In this document: positions 46,526 to 55,799 of the stretch, one piece after another
Position numbering within the stretch: the first letter of the stretch is position 1
Layout: the number at the start of each line of letters is the position of its first letter
Assembly: GCA_035544675.1 (NCBI GenBank)
Contig: DATKCA010000239.1
Location: 7,703 to 71,702 of the forward strand
DNA from: Thermoanaerobaculia bacterium
GTDB taxonomy: Bacteria; Acidobacteriota; Thermoanaerobaculia; Gp7-AA8
Direction of reading: 5' to 3'
DNA length: 64,000 nucleotides
Notes under the pieces: generated by a model
What the model was told of the DNA's origin: nothing
Seen by the model: the letters and a program-made list of their open reading frames with translations, nothing else
Database searches by the model: none
Made by a program: the position numbers and the translations under genes

Positions 46526-48121
46526 CTAAATCGCGTCGACGATCTCGGCGCTGAGGCCCGGCCACTTCCTCAGGTACTCCCGGCGGTCGTTGTTGTACTT
46601 CGCCACGAGCTGGCGGTATTCCTCGCCTCTCCCCTGCCGCTCGTACATCTTCTTCGGCTGGAGGTAGTCGGCGTCCTCGAGGCCGGGGACGTGGGTGGCG
46701 ACGAGGTATCCGAAATCGGGATCCTTCTCCCAGCGGATGGTGCCTTCGGCCAGCGCCTTCACGATGGCCGAGGAGTGCTGGATGCGGACTTTCTTGGAGC
46801 GCGCGTCCTTGTCGTCGCCGCCGATGCGACCGGTGTTGAGCAGGTACACCTCCATCGGGCTCTCGTTCATCAGCTCGAGCATGCGGTTTCCCTGAAGGGC
46901 GTGCAGCAGCGGGAAGAACGGATTCGTCCCCGGAACGCGGAGCGACTTGCCCGCTTCGGCGGCGCCGCCCGCGCTGGTTCCCTTGGTCTCGCCGAGCATG
47001 AAGTACGCGGCGGCGAGCGGGCCCTCCAGCCTGGCCACGGCGGGGATGATGTTCTCGTTGCGGTTGAGAATGAGGAGGAAGTCGACTTTCTTCACGTCGC
47101 GGGCGTCGGCCGCGCCGGCGATGTCTTCCATGCGGATGACGGCCCGGCCGTTCTGCGTGTACGACGTGTCGAAGTAATCGACCTTGCCGGCTTCGTTCTG
47201 CGAGACGTTCTCGAGGTAGGCCAGCGGCGAGGCGCAGGCCGCGTAGATCGTCGGCTCGTCGTTCGCATTGAGGCCGAACGTCTTGGCGAAGCAGCCGTTC
47301 TCGGTGGCGTAGACCTTGCCGCCGGGCATCAGCGCGCAGAAATCGTCCTGGACCGGCGAGGAGTCGTTCTGCTTGGTGAACGTCGTGGTGGTCTTTCCCG
47401 TCCCCGACAGCCCGACGATCAGGGCCACGCGCCGCTCGCTCCCGACCGGGATGACTTTGCATCCGGCGTGGAGGGCCAGGCCGCCGCGCTCGTAGACCAG
47501 CCTGTTCCACATCCGCAGCCCGCCCTTCTTCGACTCTCCGAAGTAGTCCGAGTTGAATACGCGCGTGGTGTAGCTGTCCAGGTCGACCGCGATCAGCCGC
47601 TCATCCGGATAGCCGGCCGCCTTCAGGTTCGGCGTGTAGATGACCGTGACCGCCGGCGAGAAGCTCTCCAGCTCCGCGGCCGTGGCCGGGTAATAGAGGA
47701 TGTGCTGCATGGCGGCGATGTTGGCGTTGGCTTTCTCGATGATGAGACGGGCGGGGGTGCGGAACTGCGGGTCGTTGCCGATGAATCCCTCCACGACCAG
47801 CATGTCGCGGGTGCGAATGTAGTCGTTCTGCAGCCTGGCCAGGCGATCGTATTCGGCGCGGGTGATGGTCTGGTCGGAGTGCTCGGCGGGGCGGTCGGTG
47901 GCGATGAACGTGGAAAGCTTCGACCGGGAGACGACGCGGGTGGCCACGTTCAGATTGTCGAACTCGGTGACGCGCGCGTTCGGCATCTCCGCGGCAAAGC
48001 GGCGCAGATCCTCCGCGGTCGGGTTCCACACCACGGATCGCGGCTCGACCGGCAACGGCTTCGAGCGGCTGGATGAATGAGACGGGCGCGTAACGTGCTT
48101 CGCTGGCAGGATCTCAGTCAT
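46526..48121 (-). CDS. pckA: Phosphoenolpyruvate carboxykinase (ATP)
   Basis: Kinase-1a motif GLSGTGKTT and the PEPCK-ATP family N- and C-terminal domains; 531 aa. Confidence 0.9.
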   Translation of the reverse strand: MTEILPAKHVTRPSHSSSRSKPLPVEPRSVVWNPTAEDLRRFAAEMPNARVTEFDNLNVATRVVSRSKLSTFIATDRPAEHSDQTITRAEYDRLARLQNDYIRTRDMLVVEGFIGNDPQFRTPARLIIEKANANIAAMQHILYYPATAAELESFSPAVTVIYTPNLKAAGYPDERLIAVDLDSYTTRVFNSDYFGESKKGGLRMWNRLVYERGGLALHAGCKVIPVGSERRVALIVGLSGTGKTTTTFTKQNDSSPVQDDFCALMPGGKVYATENGCFAKTFGLNANDEPTIYAACASPLAYLENVSQNEAGKVDYFDTSYTQNGRAVIRMEDIAGAADARDVKKVDFLLILNRNENIIPAVARLEGPLAAAYFMLGETKGTSAGGAAEAGKSLRVPGTNPFFPLLHALQGNRMLELMNESPMEVYLLNTGRIGGDDKDARSKKVRIQHSSAIVKALAEGTIRWEKDPDFGYLVATHVPGLEDADYLQPKKMYERQGRGEEYRQLVAKYNNDRREYLRKWPGLSAEIVDAI

Positions 48122-48263
48122 AGAAAGGTCCTCGTCGCGTTGAGATGAACAGCCGCCCTGCGCCGGGCGATTTTACATGAATGGCTGCGTGCGCGAGCTG
48201 GGCCTGGCGAAGTAAGGAATGGAGCGGCGGTGTCCCGCGCTCCATGCAATAGACTCCAACCTC

Positions 48264-49196
48264 ATGCGCATTGCCGTGATCGGTGCGGGCGGCGTGGGCG
48301 GCTACTTCGGCGCCCGTCTGGCCGCGGCGGGCGCGGATGTCACGTTCGTCGTCCGCGGCCGCACGCTCGACGTCCTTCGCCGCCGCGGAATCCGGGTGGA
48401 GAGCATTGCCGGCGACTTCACCGTGCCGAACGTGAAGGCGACCGATTCTCCTTCCGACCCGGTCGACGCGATCCTCATGGCTACCAAAGCGTGGCAGCTC
48501 CGCGAGGCCGCGGAGCAGGTCCGGCCGATCGTCGGACCCGAGACTGTCGTCGTACCCCTTCAAAACGGCATCGACGCCCCGGAGCAGCTGGCTTCAGTCC
48601 TCGGCGAGAGCCATGTGGCGGGCGGCCTCTGTGCGATCGTCGCCTTCGTCGAAGAGCCGGGCGTGATCCGGCACATCGGCGCCGAGCCGCTGATCGCTTT
48701 CGGTGAGATGGACGGCCGCCCCAGCGAGCGGCTGGAGCGTCTGCGCGACGTCATCGTCGCTGCGGGTATCAAGTGCGAGATTCCACCCGACATCCGCCGC
48801 TCGATGTGGACGAAGTTCGTGTTCATCGCGCCGTTCTCCGGTGTGGGCAGCATCACGCGCATGCCCGTCGGAACGTGGAGGACCGTGCCGGAGACGCGCT
48901 CGCTCGCCGAGCGGGCTGTGGCCGAAGTGATCGCGCTGGCCGGCGCCGCGGGGGTGAGGCTCGACGACGACGCCGGCGCTCGCACGATGGCGCGCTATGA
49001 CGCCCTGCCACCCGCCTCCACCCCCTCCATGCAGCGCGACATCGAAGGCGGCAGGCCGTCCGAGCTCGAGGCGCAGCTCGGTGACGTCGTGCGGCTGGGC
49101 CGCAAACACGGCGTGCCCACGCCGCTGCACGAGTGGATGTACGCCGCGCTGCTGCCGGCGGAAGGGGCCGCCCGCGCCGCAGCCGGAATGACGTAA
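48264..49196 (+). CDS. panE: 2-dehydropantoate 2-reductase
   Basis: Rossmann motif MRIAVIGAGGVGGYFGARLA and the ApbA C-terminal domain. Upstream residues of the ORF are a translated family-B element. Confidence 0.8.
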   Translation: MRIAVIGAGGVGGYFGARLAAAGADVTFVVRGRTLDVLRRRGIRVESIAGDFTVPNVKATDSPSDPVDAILMATKAWQLREAAEQVRPIVGPETVVVPLQNGIDAPEQLASVLGESHVAGGLCAIVAFVEEPGVIRHIGAEPLIAFGEMDGRPSERLERLRDVIVAAGIKCEIPPDIRRSMWTKFVFIAPFSGVGSITRMPVGTWRTVPETRSLAERAVAEVIALAGAAGVRLDDDAGARTMARYDALPPASTPSMQRDIEGGRPSELEAQLGDVVRLGRKHGVPTPLHEWMYAALLPAEGAARAAAGMT

Positions 49197-49207
49197 CATC
49201 ACGCCGC

Positions 49208-50245
49208 ATGTCCGAAGCCGGCAAGCGCCAGGCGCCCGCCGCCAGGAATGGCGGCGCCCCACAGAGCAGCGGCGCTCCACTCGAGAACCCCTCCATCGCC
49301 GAGGCGCGGCGCGTCCTCGAAGTCGAGGCCGCCGCGATCCTCGGCCTCGTCCGCCATCTGAACCAGACCTTTGCGGACGTCGTCGAGCTCGTCAATGCCT
49401 GCACCGGCCGCGTGGTCGCCATGGGCCTCGGCAAGTCCGGCATCATCTCCAAGAAGATCAGCTCGACGCTGGCCTCGACGGGCACTCCGTCGTTCTTCAT
49501 GCACCCGGCCGAGGCCATTCATGGGGACCTGGGGATGATCGTGCGTGGCGATGTCGTCCTGGCCATCTCCGCCTCGGGCGAGACCGAGGAGCTCGTGAAA
49601 CTGATTCCGAGCATCAAGCGGATCGGCGCAGAGATCGTGGCCATCACCGGCAATCCGAATTCGACGCTGGCGCGCGGCGCCGACTTTCACCTCTCCGCCG
49701 CGATCGACAAGGAGGCGTGTCCGCTCGGGCTCGCGCCGACCGCGTCGACGACGGCCGCGCTCGCGCTCGGCGACGCCCTGGCCATGGCGCTGCTGCGTCG
49801 GAAGGGGTTCCGCGAGGAGGACTTCGCGTTCCTCCATCCAGGCGGCAAGCTCGGCAAACGCTTCCTGCGCGTCCGCGACCTCATGCACAAGGACAAGGAA
49901 GTCCCCATCGTGACGGCGGACACGTCGATGCACGACGTCATCTACGAGATGTCGAAGAAGGGCTTCGGCATCACCGCGGTGGCGACGGACGACGGCGTGC
50001 TTCTCGGCGTCATCTCGGATGGGGACCTGCGCCGGCTCATTCAGAAAAACGAGGCGGTGCTGCGCAGCACGGCCGGCCAGTCGATGCGGGAGAACCCGGT
50101 GACGATCGCCGCGGAGGAGCTGGCGTCCGCGGCTCTGCAGATCATGGAAGAGCGCAAGATCACGTCGCTCTTCACCGTCGATGACGCCCGGCGCGTGCAG
50201 GGTATCATCCACATCCACGATCTCTGGGGTCTCGAGCTCTTCTGA
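49208..50245 (+). CDS. kdsD: Arabinose-5-phosphate isomerase (SIS + tandem CBS)
   Basis: SIS domain (VVAMGLGKSGIISKKISSTLASTGTPSFFMHPAEAIHGDLG) and two CBS domains. The N-terminal extension carries a family-C palindromic element in-frame (AARNGGAPQSSGAP); no alternative in-frame start lies downstream of it. Confidence 0.85.
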   Translation: MSEAGKRQAPAARNGGAPQSSGAPLENPSIAEARRVLEVEAAAILGLVRHLNQTFADVVELVNACTGRVVAMGLGKSGIISKKISSTLASTGTPSFFMHPAEAIHGDLGMIVRGDVVLAISASGETEELVKLIPSIKRIGAEIVAITGNPNSTLARGADFHLSAAIDKEACPLGLAPTASTTAALALGDALAMALLRRKGFREEDFAFLHPGGKLGKRFLRVRDLMHKDKEVPIVTADTSMHDVIYEMSKKGFGITAVATDDGVLLGVISDGDLRRLIQKNEAVLRSTAGQSMRENPVTIAAEELASAALQIMEERKITSLFTVDDARRVQGIIHIHDLWGLELF

Positions 50246-50246
50246 A

Positions 50247-50603
50247 ATGGACAAAGTCGTACTGCGTTACCGGGACGGCCGCACCGAGAAGGCGTCGCTC
50301 GCGCCGATCGATCTGGCCCGCGAGTCGTTCAGCATCACGCGCGAGGACGCCACATCCGACGAGATCCCTTTCTCCCAGCTCAAGGCGGTGTTCTTTCTGC
50401 GGCAGAACCCCGATGAGCCGCTCGAGGAGCCGTCCGGCAGCACCATTGCAGTGGAGTTCATCGATGGCGAGGTCATCCGCGGGATCGCGAACCTCAACCC
50501 GGAGCGGAACGGCTTTTACCTCTTTCCGGCCGACCGGAGCAAAAACGAGCGGATCTTTGTTGTGAGCTCCGCCATCGTCTCGATCGAAGTCGAGCGACTG
50601 TAA
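50247..50603 (+). CDS. Hypothetical protein with an internally duplicated domain of about 50 aa
   Basis: Two similar halves (VVLRYRDGRTEKASLAPIDL... and IAVEFIDGEVIRGIANLNPERNGFYLF...); the start is 1 nt after the kdsD stop. Confidence 0.5.
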   Translation: MDKVVLRYRDGRTEKASLAPIDLARESFSITREDATSDEIPFSQLKAVFFLRQNPDEPLEEPSGSTIAVEFIDGEVIRGIANLNPERNGFYLFPADRSKNERIFVVSSAIVSIEVERL

Positions 50604-50662
50604 GTGGAGCGCCGCCATTCCCTGGCGGCCATGGAGCGCCGCCGGCCCGGCGGCATGGAGCG
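50597..50662. repeat. Family-C palindromic element in inverse orientation
   Basis: GTGGAGCGCCGCCATTCCCTGGCGGCCATGGAGCGCCGCCGGCCCGGCGGCATGGAGCGC. Confidence 0.7.
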
Positions 50663-50665
50663 CAA

Positions 50666-51277
50666 TTGAAGAGACGACTTCTCACCCTGACCCTGTTCAT
50701 CGCCACCACCGCCCTGGCCCAGGGCGCCGAGATCGACCGCGCGGCAGCCGCGGTGGCCGGGATGGAGGCGCGTTTCACGCACAGCTTCACTCCCAGGGGC
50801 TTCAAGAATGCCCAGGTCGAGAGCGGCTCGGTCATCTTCGGGAAGATGCCGATGATGCGCTGGAGCTACACCACACCCGAGACGAAGCTCTTCGTCTTCG
50901 ACGGAACGCGCTCCTGGTTCTACGTGCCGGACGACCGGCAGGTGACCGTGGCCGACATCGACGACCGCCGCCGCGCCGAGCTGCCGTTTCTCCTCCTCGG
51001 CAATGCCGCAGCGCGCGATCGCCATTTCGTCGTGCAGGAGAAGTCGCGCGGGGCGAAGATCACGACGACCCTGCAGGCGAAGTCGCAGGCGGCCATGGTC
51101 CGCAGCGTGAGCATCGTCTCCGATGCCGCCACGCACCGCATCGACTCGATCTCGTACAGCGATCGCGACGGCAATCGCACCGTCTTCAGCTTCTCCGGCT
51201 ATCATCCCGCTCGCGTGGGTGGGGATACGTTCCAGTTCGCCGCGCCCGCCGGCGTGCAGGTGATTCGCGCCGAGTAA
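50666..51277 (+). CDS. LolA-like outer-membrane lipoprotein carrier family protein
   Basis: Signal peptide followed by a LolA-fold pattern (FTQ-like FTHSF...SGSVIFGKMPMMRWSYTTPETKLFVFDGTRSWFYVPDDRQV); TTG start. Confidence 0.55.
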   Translation: MKRRLLTLTLFIATTALAQGAEIDRAAAAVAGMEARFTHSFTPRGFKNAQVESGSVIFGKMPMMRWSYTTPETKLFVFDGTRSWFYVPDDRQVTVADIDDRRRAELPFLLLGNAAARDRHFVVQEKSRGAKITTTLQAKSQAAMVRSVSIVSDAATHRIDSISYSDRDGNRTVFSFSGYHPARVGGDTFQFAAPAGVQVIRAE

Positions 51278-51292
51278 CGAAGGAGGTCATCG

Positions 51293-51787
51293 ATGCCTCA
51301 GGATTTCTCGTTCGACATCGTCTCGAAGACCGAGATGCAGGAAGTGGCCAACGCCATTCAGCAGGCCCAGAAGGAGCTTGCCCAGCGCTTCGACTTCAAG
51401 GGCAGCAAGAGCGAGATCGAGCTCTCCGGCGAAGAGCTCGTCCTGGTCAGCGATGACGAGGTCAAGCTGAAGAGTTTGAAAGACATCGTGGAAGGCAGGC
51501 TCGTCAAGCGCAAGGTGTCGCTCAAGGCGATCGAGTACGGCAAGCTCGAGGCCGCGGCGCTGGGAACGGTGCGCCAGAAAGCGAAGATCGTCCAGGGCAT
51601 CGAGACGGAGAAGGCCAAGGCCATCGTCAAGGCCATCAAAGACGCGAAGCTGAAGGTGCAGGCGTCCATCCAATCCGATCAGGTTCGCGTCACCGGACGA
51701 AGCAAGGATGACCTGCAGCGGGCCATGAACCTGGTCCGGGAAGGGGATTACGGCATCCCCCTGCAGTTCACGAACTACCGCGGTTGA
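51293..51787 (+). CDS. yajQ: YajQ-family (UPF0234) nucleotide/c-di-GMP-binding protein
   Basis: MPQDFSFDIVSKTEMQEVANAIQQAQKELAQRFDFKGSKSEIEL is highly characteristic of YajQ. Confidence 0.85.
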   Translation: MPQDFSFDIVSKTEMQEVANAIQQAQKELAQRFDFKGSKSEIELSGEELVLVSDDEVKLKSLKDIVEGRLVKRKVSLKAIEYGKLEAAALGTVRQKAKIVQGIETEKAKAIVKAIKDAKLKVQASIQSDQVRVTGRSKDDLQRAMNLVREGDYGIPLQFTNYRG

Positions 51788-52830
51788 GCCCCCCTCCCCG
51801 ATCGACTATTCTTGAGAGAGCCGTGACCGTCCCGAACACACTGTCCGATCAGGTCTCGCGCGCCGAGCGGATCATCGAGCTGGTCGCGCCGAAGCTGCAG
51901 CTGGTCGAAGAGGAGTTACAGCGCAATTTCGAGTCGCAGATCAAGACCATCGGCGACGTCGGCGACCACATCCTCGGCGGCGGCGGCAAGCGGCTCCGCC
52001 CGGCCCTCCTGCTGCTCGTCTCGGACATGCTCCGCTACGACGGGTACCGTGACGTCGTCTACGGCGCGGTCGTCGAGTTCATCCACACGGCCACGCTCGT
52101 CCACGACGACATCATCGACGAAGCCGCCATCCGCCGCGGCCGCACATCCATCAACTACCGCTGGGGCAACCAGCTCACGGTCCTGGTCGGCGATTACATC
52201 TTCATGCACTCGATGCGCATGGCTCTGGCCGAGGGGAATCTGGAGATCCTGCGGCTGCTGTCGAATGTGACGATCCGGATGATCGAAGGCGAGATCCTGG
52301 CGCTGGAGCAGAACGGCCGCGCCGATCTCTCCCTCGACGACTACTTCGACATCGTACGGCGGAAGACCGCCGCGCTCTTCGGCGCGTGCTGCCGCATTCC
52401 GGCGTATCTCGTCGACGCGCCCGAGAGCACTGCGACGGCGCTCTTCAATTACGGATCGAACCTCGGCGTCTGCTTCCAGGTCATCGACGATCTGCTGGAT
52501 TTCACGTCCAGCACGGAAGTGCTGGGCAAACCGGCGCTGTCCGATCTGAAGGAAGGGAAGCTCACCCTGCCTCTGATTCTGGCCATCCCACGCGCCACGG
52601 CGCGCGAGCGCGAGATCATCAGCCGTGTCGCCGCCGAGAAGTCGTTCGGCGGAACGAATCCACCCGAAGTGATCGAGATCGTCGAGAAGTACGGAACGCT
52701 CGAGGAGACGCGAGCGATCGCACGCGACTACGCGCAGCGCGCCCGCGCCTCGCTGGAGGGATTCCCCTCCTCCCCCGCCCGCGACGCACTCGACACGGCG
52801 CTGGACTTCGTGCTCGAACGCGACCGGTAG
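51784..52830 (+). CDS. ispB: Polyprenyl (octa/heptaprenyl) diphosphate synthase
   Basis: First DDxxD motif (LVHDDIIDEA) and second motif (FQVIDDLLDFT). The start is either TTG 51784 (overlapping the yajQ stop) or GTG about 51822. Confidence 0.8.
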   Translation: MSPPPRSTILERAVTVPNTLSDQVSRAERIIELVAPKLQLVEEELQRNFESQIKTIGDVGDHILGGGGKRLRPALLLLVSDMLRYDGYRDVVYGAVVEFIHTATLVHDDIIDEAAIRRGRTSINYRWGNQLTVLVGDYIFMHSMRMALAEGNLEILRLLSNVTIRMIEGEILALEQNGRADLSLDDYFDIVRRKTAALFGACCRIPAYLVDAPESTATALFNYGSNLGVCFQVIDDLLDFTSSTEVLGKPALSDLKEGKLTLPLILAIPRATAREREIISRVAAEKSFGGTNPPEVIEIVEKYGTLEETRAIARDYAQRARASLEGFPSSPARDALDTALDFVLERDR

Positions 52831-52930
52831 CTTTTCGGGCCTCAGGCCTCAGGCCGCGGGAGGCCACCGCCCACCCGCCAGTTCACGGCCGCCGAGCCGG
52901 TTCCCCTCTGGCCTCGACGACATAGACCGG

Positions 52931-53320
52931 CTAGGACAGCATCTCCATGATCTCCGACATCGCCTCGCGCGCTTTCAGGTGCGTGGCTTCGTCCTGCCGG
53001 TCGGCCGTCAGCCGGATCACCTTGTTGTACTGCTCGATGGCCTTCGAGTAGTCGTTGAGGCAGCGGTGGTAGAGCTCGCCCTTGCAGAGCTTGGCCTCGA
53101 TGTTCACCGGGTCGAGCTCGAGGATTTTGTTCAGGAAGATCATCGCAGCGTCGTATTTCCCCTCATCCATCGCCATCTTGTAGCGGAGGCGATAGAGAGC
53201 GATCAGCTCGCTGTTTCGGGGATCGATCCAGGCTCCCGGAAGGTAGGTGAGAAGAGTCGAGAGTAGCCTGTGCCTGTTGACTGGTACGGAGCGTTTCACC
53301 TCAAGCCGCTGCTGGCTCAT
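52931..53320 (-). CDS. TPR-repeat protein (small)
   Basis: Two or three TPR-like helical repeats (AMIFLNKILELDPVNIEAKLCKGELYHRCLNDYSKAIEQYNKVIRL); the start is uncertain (53320 or 53419). Confidence 0.45.
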   Translation of the reverse strand: MSQQRLEVKRSVPVNRHRLLSTLLTYLPGAWIDPRNSELIALYRLRYKMAMDEGKYDAAMIFLNKILELDPVNIEAKLCKGELYHRCLNDYSKAIEQYNKVIRLTADRQDEATHLKAREAMSEIMEMLS

Positions 53321-53413
53321 TTCCACCACACCCTCCCTGGTGTCACGCGTTGCTCCTGTACAGTGTACGTCAAGAGGTTGACCATTTGGAAGACCTGCTA
53401 ACATTTCGCCCGA

Positions 53414-53905
53414 ATGCACATCGCCGTCTATCCCGGCTCATTCGACCCCCTGACGAACGGTCACCTGGACATCATCCGCCGCGGAATCCGGGTCTTCGAC
53501 CGGATGTACGTGGCCGTTCTGGAGAACGAGGGGAAGTCTCCCCTCTTCTCGGTCAGCGAGCGGATGGCGCTGATCAAGCGCTGCACGAGCGATATGCCGA
53601 CCGTCGAGGTGGAGTCGTTCTCCGGCCTGCTCGTGGACTACGCCCGTCGCGTGGAGGCCGGGGTGGTCATCCGCGGCATCCGAGCCATCTCCGACTACGA
53701 GTACGAGCTGCAGATGGCCCTGATGAACCGCGAGCTGCACGCCGGCGTGGAGACCATTTTCATGCTCCCGGCCGTCGAATACACCTACGTCTCCTCCCGC
53801 CTCGTCAAGGAAGTCTTCCGCCTCGGCGGCGACGTGGCGCGCCTCGTCCCGCCGGTCGTGCTGGAGTCGCTCAAGGCCCGCCTGCCGGTGGAAGTCGCTA
53901 CGTAG
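53414..53905 (+). CDS. coaD: Phosphopantetheine adenylyltransferase
   Basis: IAVYPGSFDPLTNGHLDII nucleotidyltransferase motif. Confidence 0.9.
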   Translation: MHIAVYPGSFDPLTNGHLDIIRRGIRVFDRMYVAVLENEGKSPLFSVSERMALIKRCTSDMPTVEVESFSGLLVDYARRVEAGVVIRGIRAISDYEYELQMALMNRELHAGVETIFMLPAVEYTYVSSRLVKEVFRLGGDVARLVPPVVLESLKARLPVEVAT

Positions 53906-53909
53906 GCTC

Positions 53910-53985
53910 CCAGGCCTCAGGAGAGGCTCGATGACTTGCCCATCGCTGTCCTGACGCCCTGGGCCTGAGGACTGAGGCCTGCGCG
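53910..53985. terminator. Bidirectional hairpin (CCTCAGG-heptamer palindrome) between convergent coaD and dppC
   Basis: CCAGGCCTCAGGAGAGG ... CCCTGGGCCTGAGGACTGAGGCCTG. A related GGCCTCAGGCCTCAGGCC element lies at 52838-52860. Confidence 0.5.
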
Positions 53986-54819
53986 TTACTCGAATCTAGG
54001 GTCCAGCGCGTCGCGCAGACGGTCGCCGATCAGGTTGAACGCGGCCACGGTCGTGAAGATCGCCAGCCCGGGAAACAACGCCAGCCACCACGCGAACTCG
54101 ATGTAGTCGTGCGCGACGCCCAGGATGCTTCCCCACGACGCCTCCGGCAACGCCACGCCGAAGCCGAGGAACGAGAGCGCGGACTCGGTGAGGATGGCCG
54201 AAGCCACTCCGAAGCTCGAGGAGACGATCACCGGGGCCAGAGCGTTCGGCAGGAGGTGGCGGAAGATGATCCGGGGATCGCGCGCCCCGCTGGCTCGTGC
54301 CGCCTGCGCGTACTCCAGCTCCCGGATCCGCAGGAACTCCGCCCGCACGAAACGCGCCTCGGTCGTCCACGAGGTGAGCGCGAGCGCGATGAGAATGGTC
54401 CACAGCGAGGGCCTGAACAACGCCACGATGCCGAGGACCAGAAAGAGGAACGGGAAGCAGAGGACAACTTCGATGAGGCGCGACACGATCCAGTCGGCCA
54501 CGCTCCCGTAGTAGCCGGCCACGGCTCCGAGGAGCGAGCCGATGATGATGGCCAGGAGTGTGGCGGCGAACCCGATCAGCAGCGAGACACGCGCGCCGTA
54601 GATCATTCGCGAGAGCACATCCCGTCCCACCTCGTCGGTGCCCAGGACGTAATCGCCGCCGGGCGGCCGGAGGCGGCGGCCGACGTCGATCTCATCCGGC
54701 TCGTGCGGCGCGATCAGCGGCGCCATCACGGCGAGCAACGTGATCAGAGCGACGTAGACCAGCGCCGCGGTGGCGAGATGGCTGCGCCGGAAGCGCTGCC
54801 ACGGCGTCCGCCGCGTCAT
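53986..54819 (-). CDS. ABC transporter permease (DppC/OppC family)
   Basis: Six TM helices and the EAA-like motif region (ARASGARDPRIIFRHLLPNA). Confidence 0.85.
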   Translation of the reverse strand: MTRRTPWQRFRRSHLATAALVYVALITLLAVMAPLIAPHEPDEIDVGRRLRPPGGDYVLGTDEVGRDVLSRMIYGARVSLLIGFAATLLAIIIGSLLGAVAGYYGSVADWIVSRLIEVVLCFPFLFLVLGIVALFRPSLWTILIALALTSWTTEARFVRAEFLRIRELEYAQAARASGARDPRIIFRHLLPNALAPVIVSSSFGVASAILTESALSFLGFGVALPEASWGSILGVAHDYIEFAWWLALFPGLAIFTTVAAFNLIGDRLRDALDPRFE

Positions 54820-55799
54820 CGCCGTCCCTCCAGGCGGATGCGCGGGTCGGCCAGCCCGTACATCACATCGGCGATGACGCTGGCCAGGAGCGTGAGCACC
54901 GCCGTGACGACGGTCAGCCCCATCACGGTCGGATAGTCACGCGTTCGGATCGAGTCGAAGTACAGCAGGCCGATGCCGTCCCACCGAAAGATCTCCTCGA
55001 CGATGACGCTGCCCGACAAGAGATACGGAACGGTCAGGCCCAGCAGGGTGATCAGCGGCAGCAGTGCGTTCCGCACACCGTGCCGCCACACGACGGCCGC
55101 GCTGCCGATCCCCTTCGCGCGCGCGGTGGTGATGAAGTCCTGGCGGATGACCTCCGCCAGCGCCGAGCGCGAGAAGCGCGCGAAGATCGCCAGTTGGGCG
55201 TACGTCAGCGTCACCACCGGCAGGACGAGATGCCGCGTGCGATCGACGAGTCTGGCCCCGGTGGTCATCTCCGCGTAGCCGTCGCTCTGCATGCCGAACA
55301 GCGGCAGCACTCCGAGACGGACCGAGAACCACTCCATGAGCAGCAGCGCAACCCAGAACGCCGGAAGCGAGTAGAGAAGAAAGAAGAAGACCGCCGAGGC
55401 CCGGTCGCCGAGACGTCCGAGCCGGGCGCCGCTCCAGAGGCCGACGGGAACGCCGATGGCGGCGGCGATCAGCAGGGCCAGGATGCTCAGCAGCGCGCTG
55501 TTCGGCAGTTTCTCGAAGATCTTCTCGATGACCGGACGCCGGTCGGTGATCGATCTACCGAAGTCGAGCGTGACGATCCCGCTCAGCCACCGCCCGTATT
55601 GCACCGGGATCGAACGGTCGAGACCGTGCTGGCGCCGGATCGTGTCGAGGGTCTCCGGGGAGAGACTCGTTCCTCCACTGCCGGCGAAAAACGAGATGGG
55701 ATCACCCGGTACGCTGTGAATCAGCGCGAACGTCGCGATGGTGATGCCGAAGAAGGTGATGACCGCGTAGAGAAGACGCCTGACGACGTACGCCAGCAT
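54816..55799 (-). CDS. ABC transporter permease (DppB/OppB family)
   Basis: MLAYVVRRLLYAVITFFGITIATF N-terminus typical of DppB; ATGA overlaps on both sides. Confidence 0.85.
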   Translation of the reverse strand: MLAYVVRRLLYAVITFFGITIATFALIHSVPGDPISFFAGSGGTSLSPETLDTIRRQHGLDRSIPVQYGRWLSGIVTLDFGRSITDRRPVIEKIFEKLPNSALLSILALLIAAAIGVPVGLWSGARLGRLGDRASAVFFFLLYSLPAFWVALLLMEWFSVRLGVLPLFGMQSDGYAEMTTGARLVDRTRHLVLPVVTLTYAQLAIFARFSRSALAEVIRQDFITTARAKGIGSAAVVWRHGVRNALLPLITLLGLTVPYLLSGSVIVEEIFRWDGIGLLYFDSIRTRDYPTVMGLTVVTAVLTLLASVIADVMYGLADPRIRLEGRR

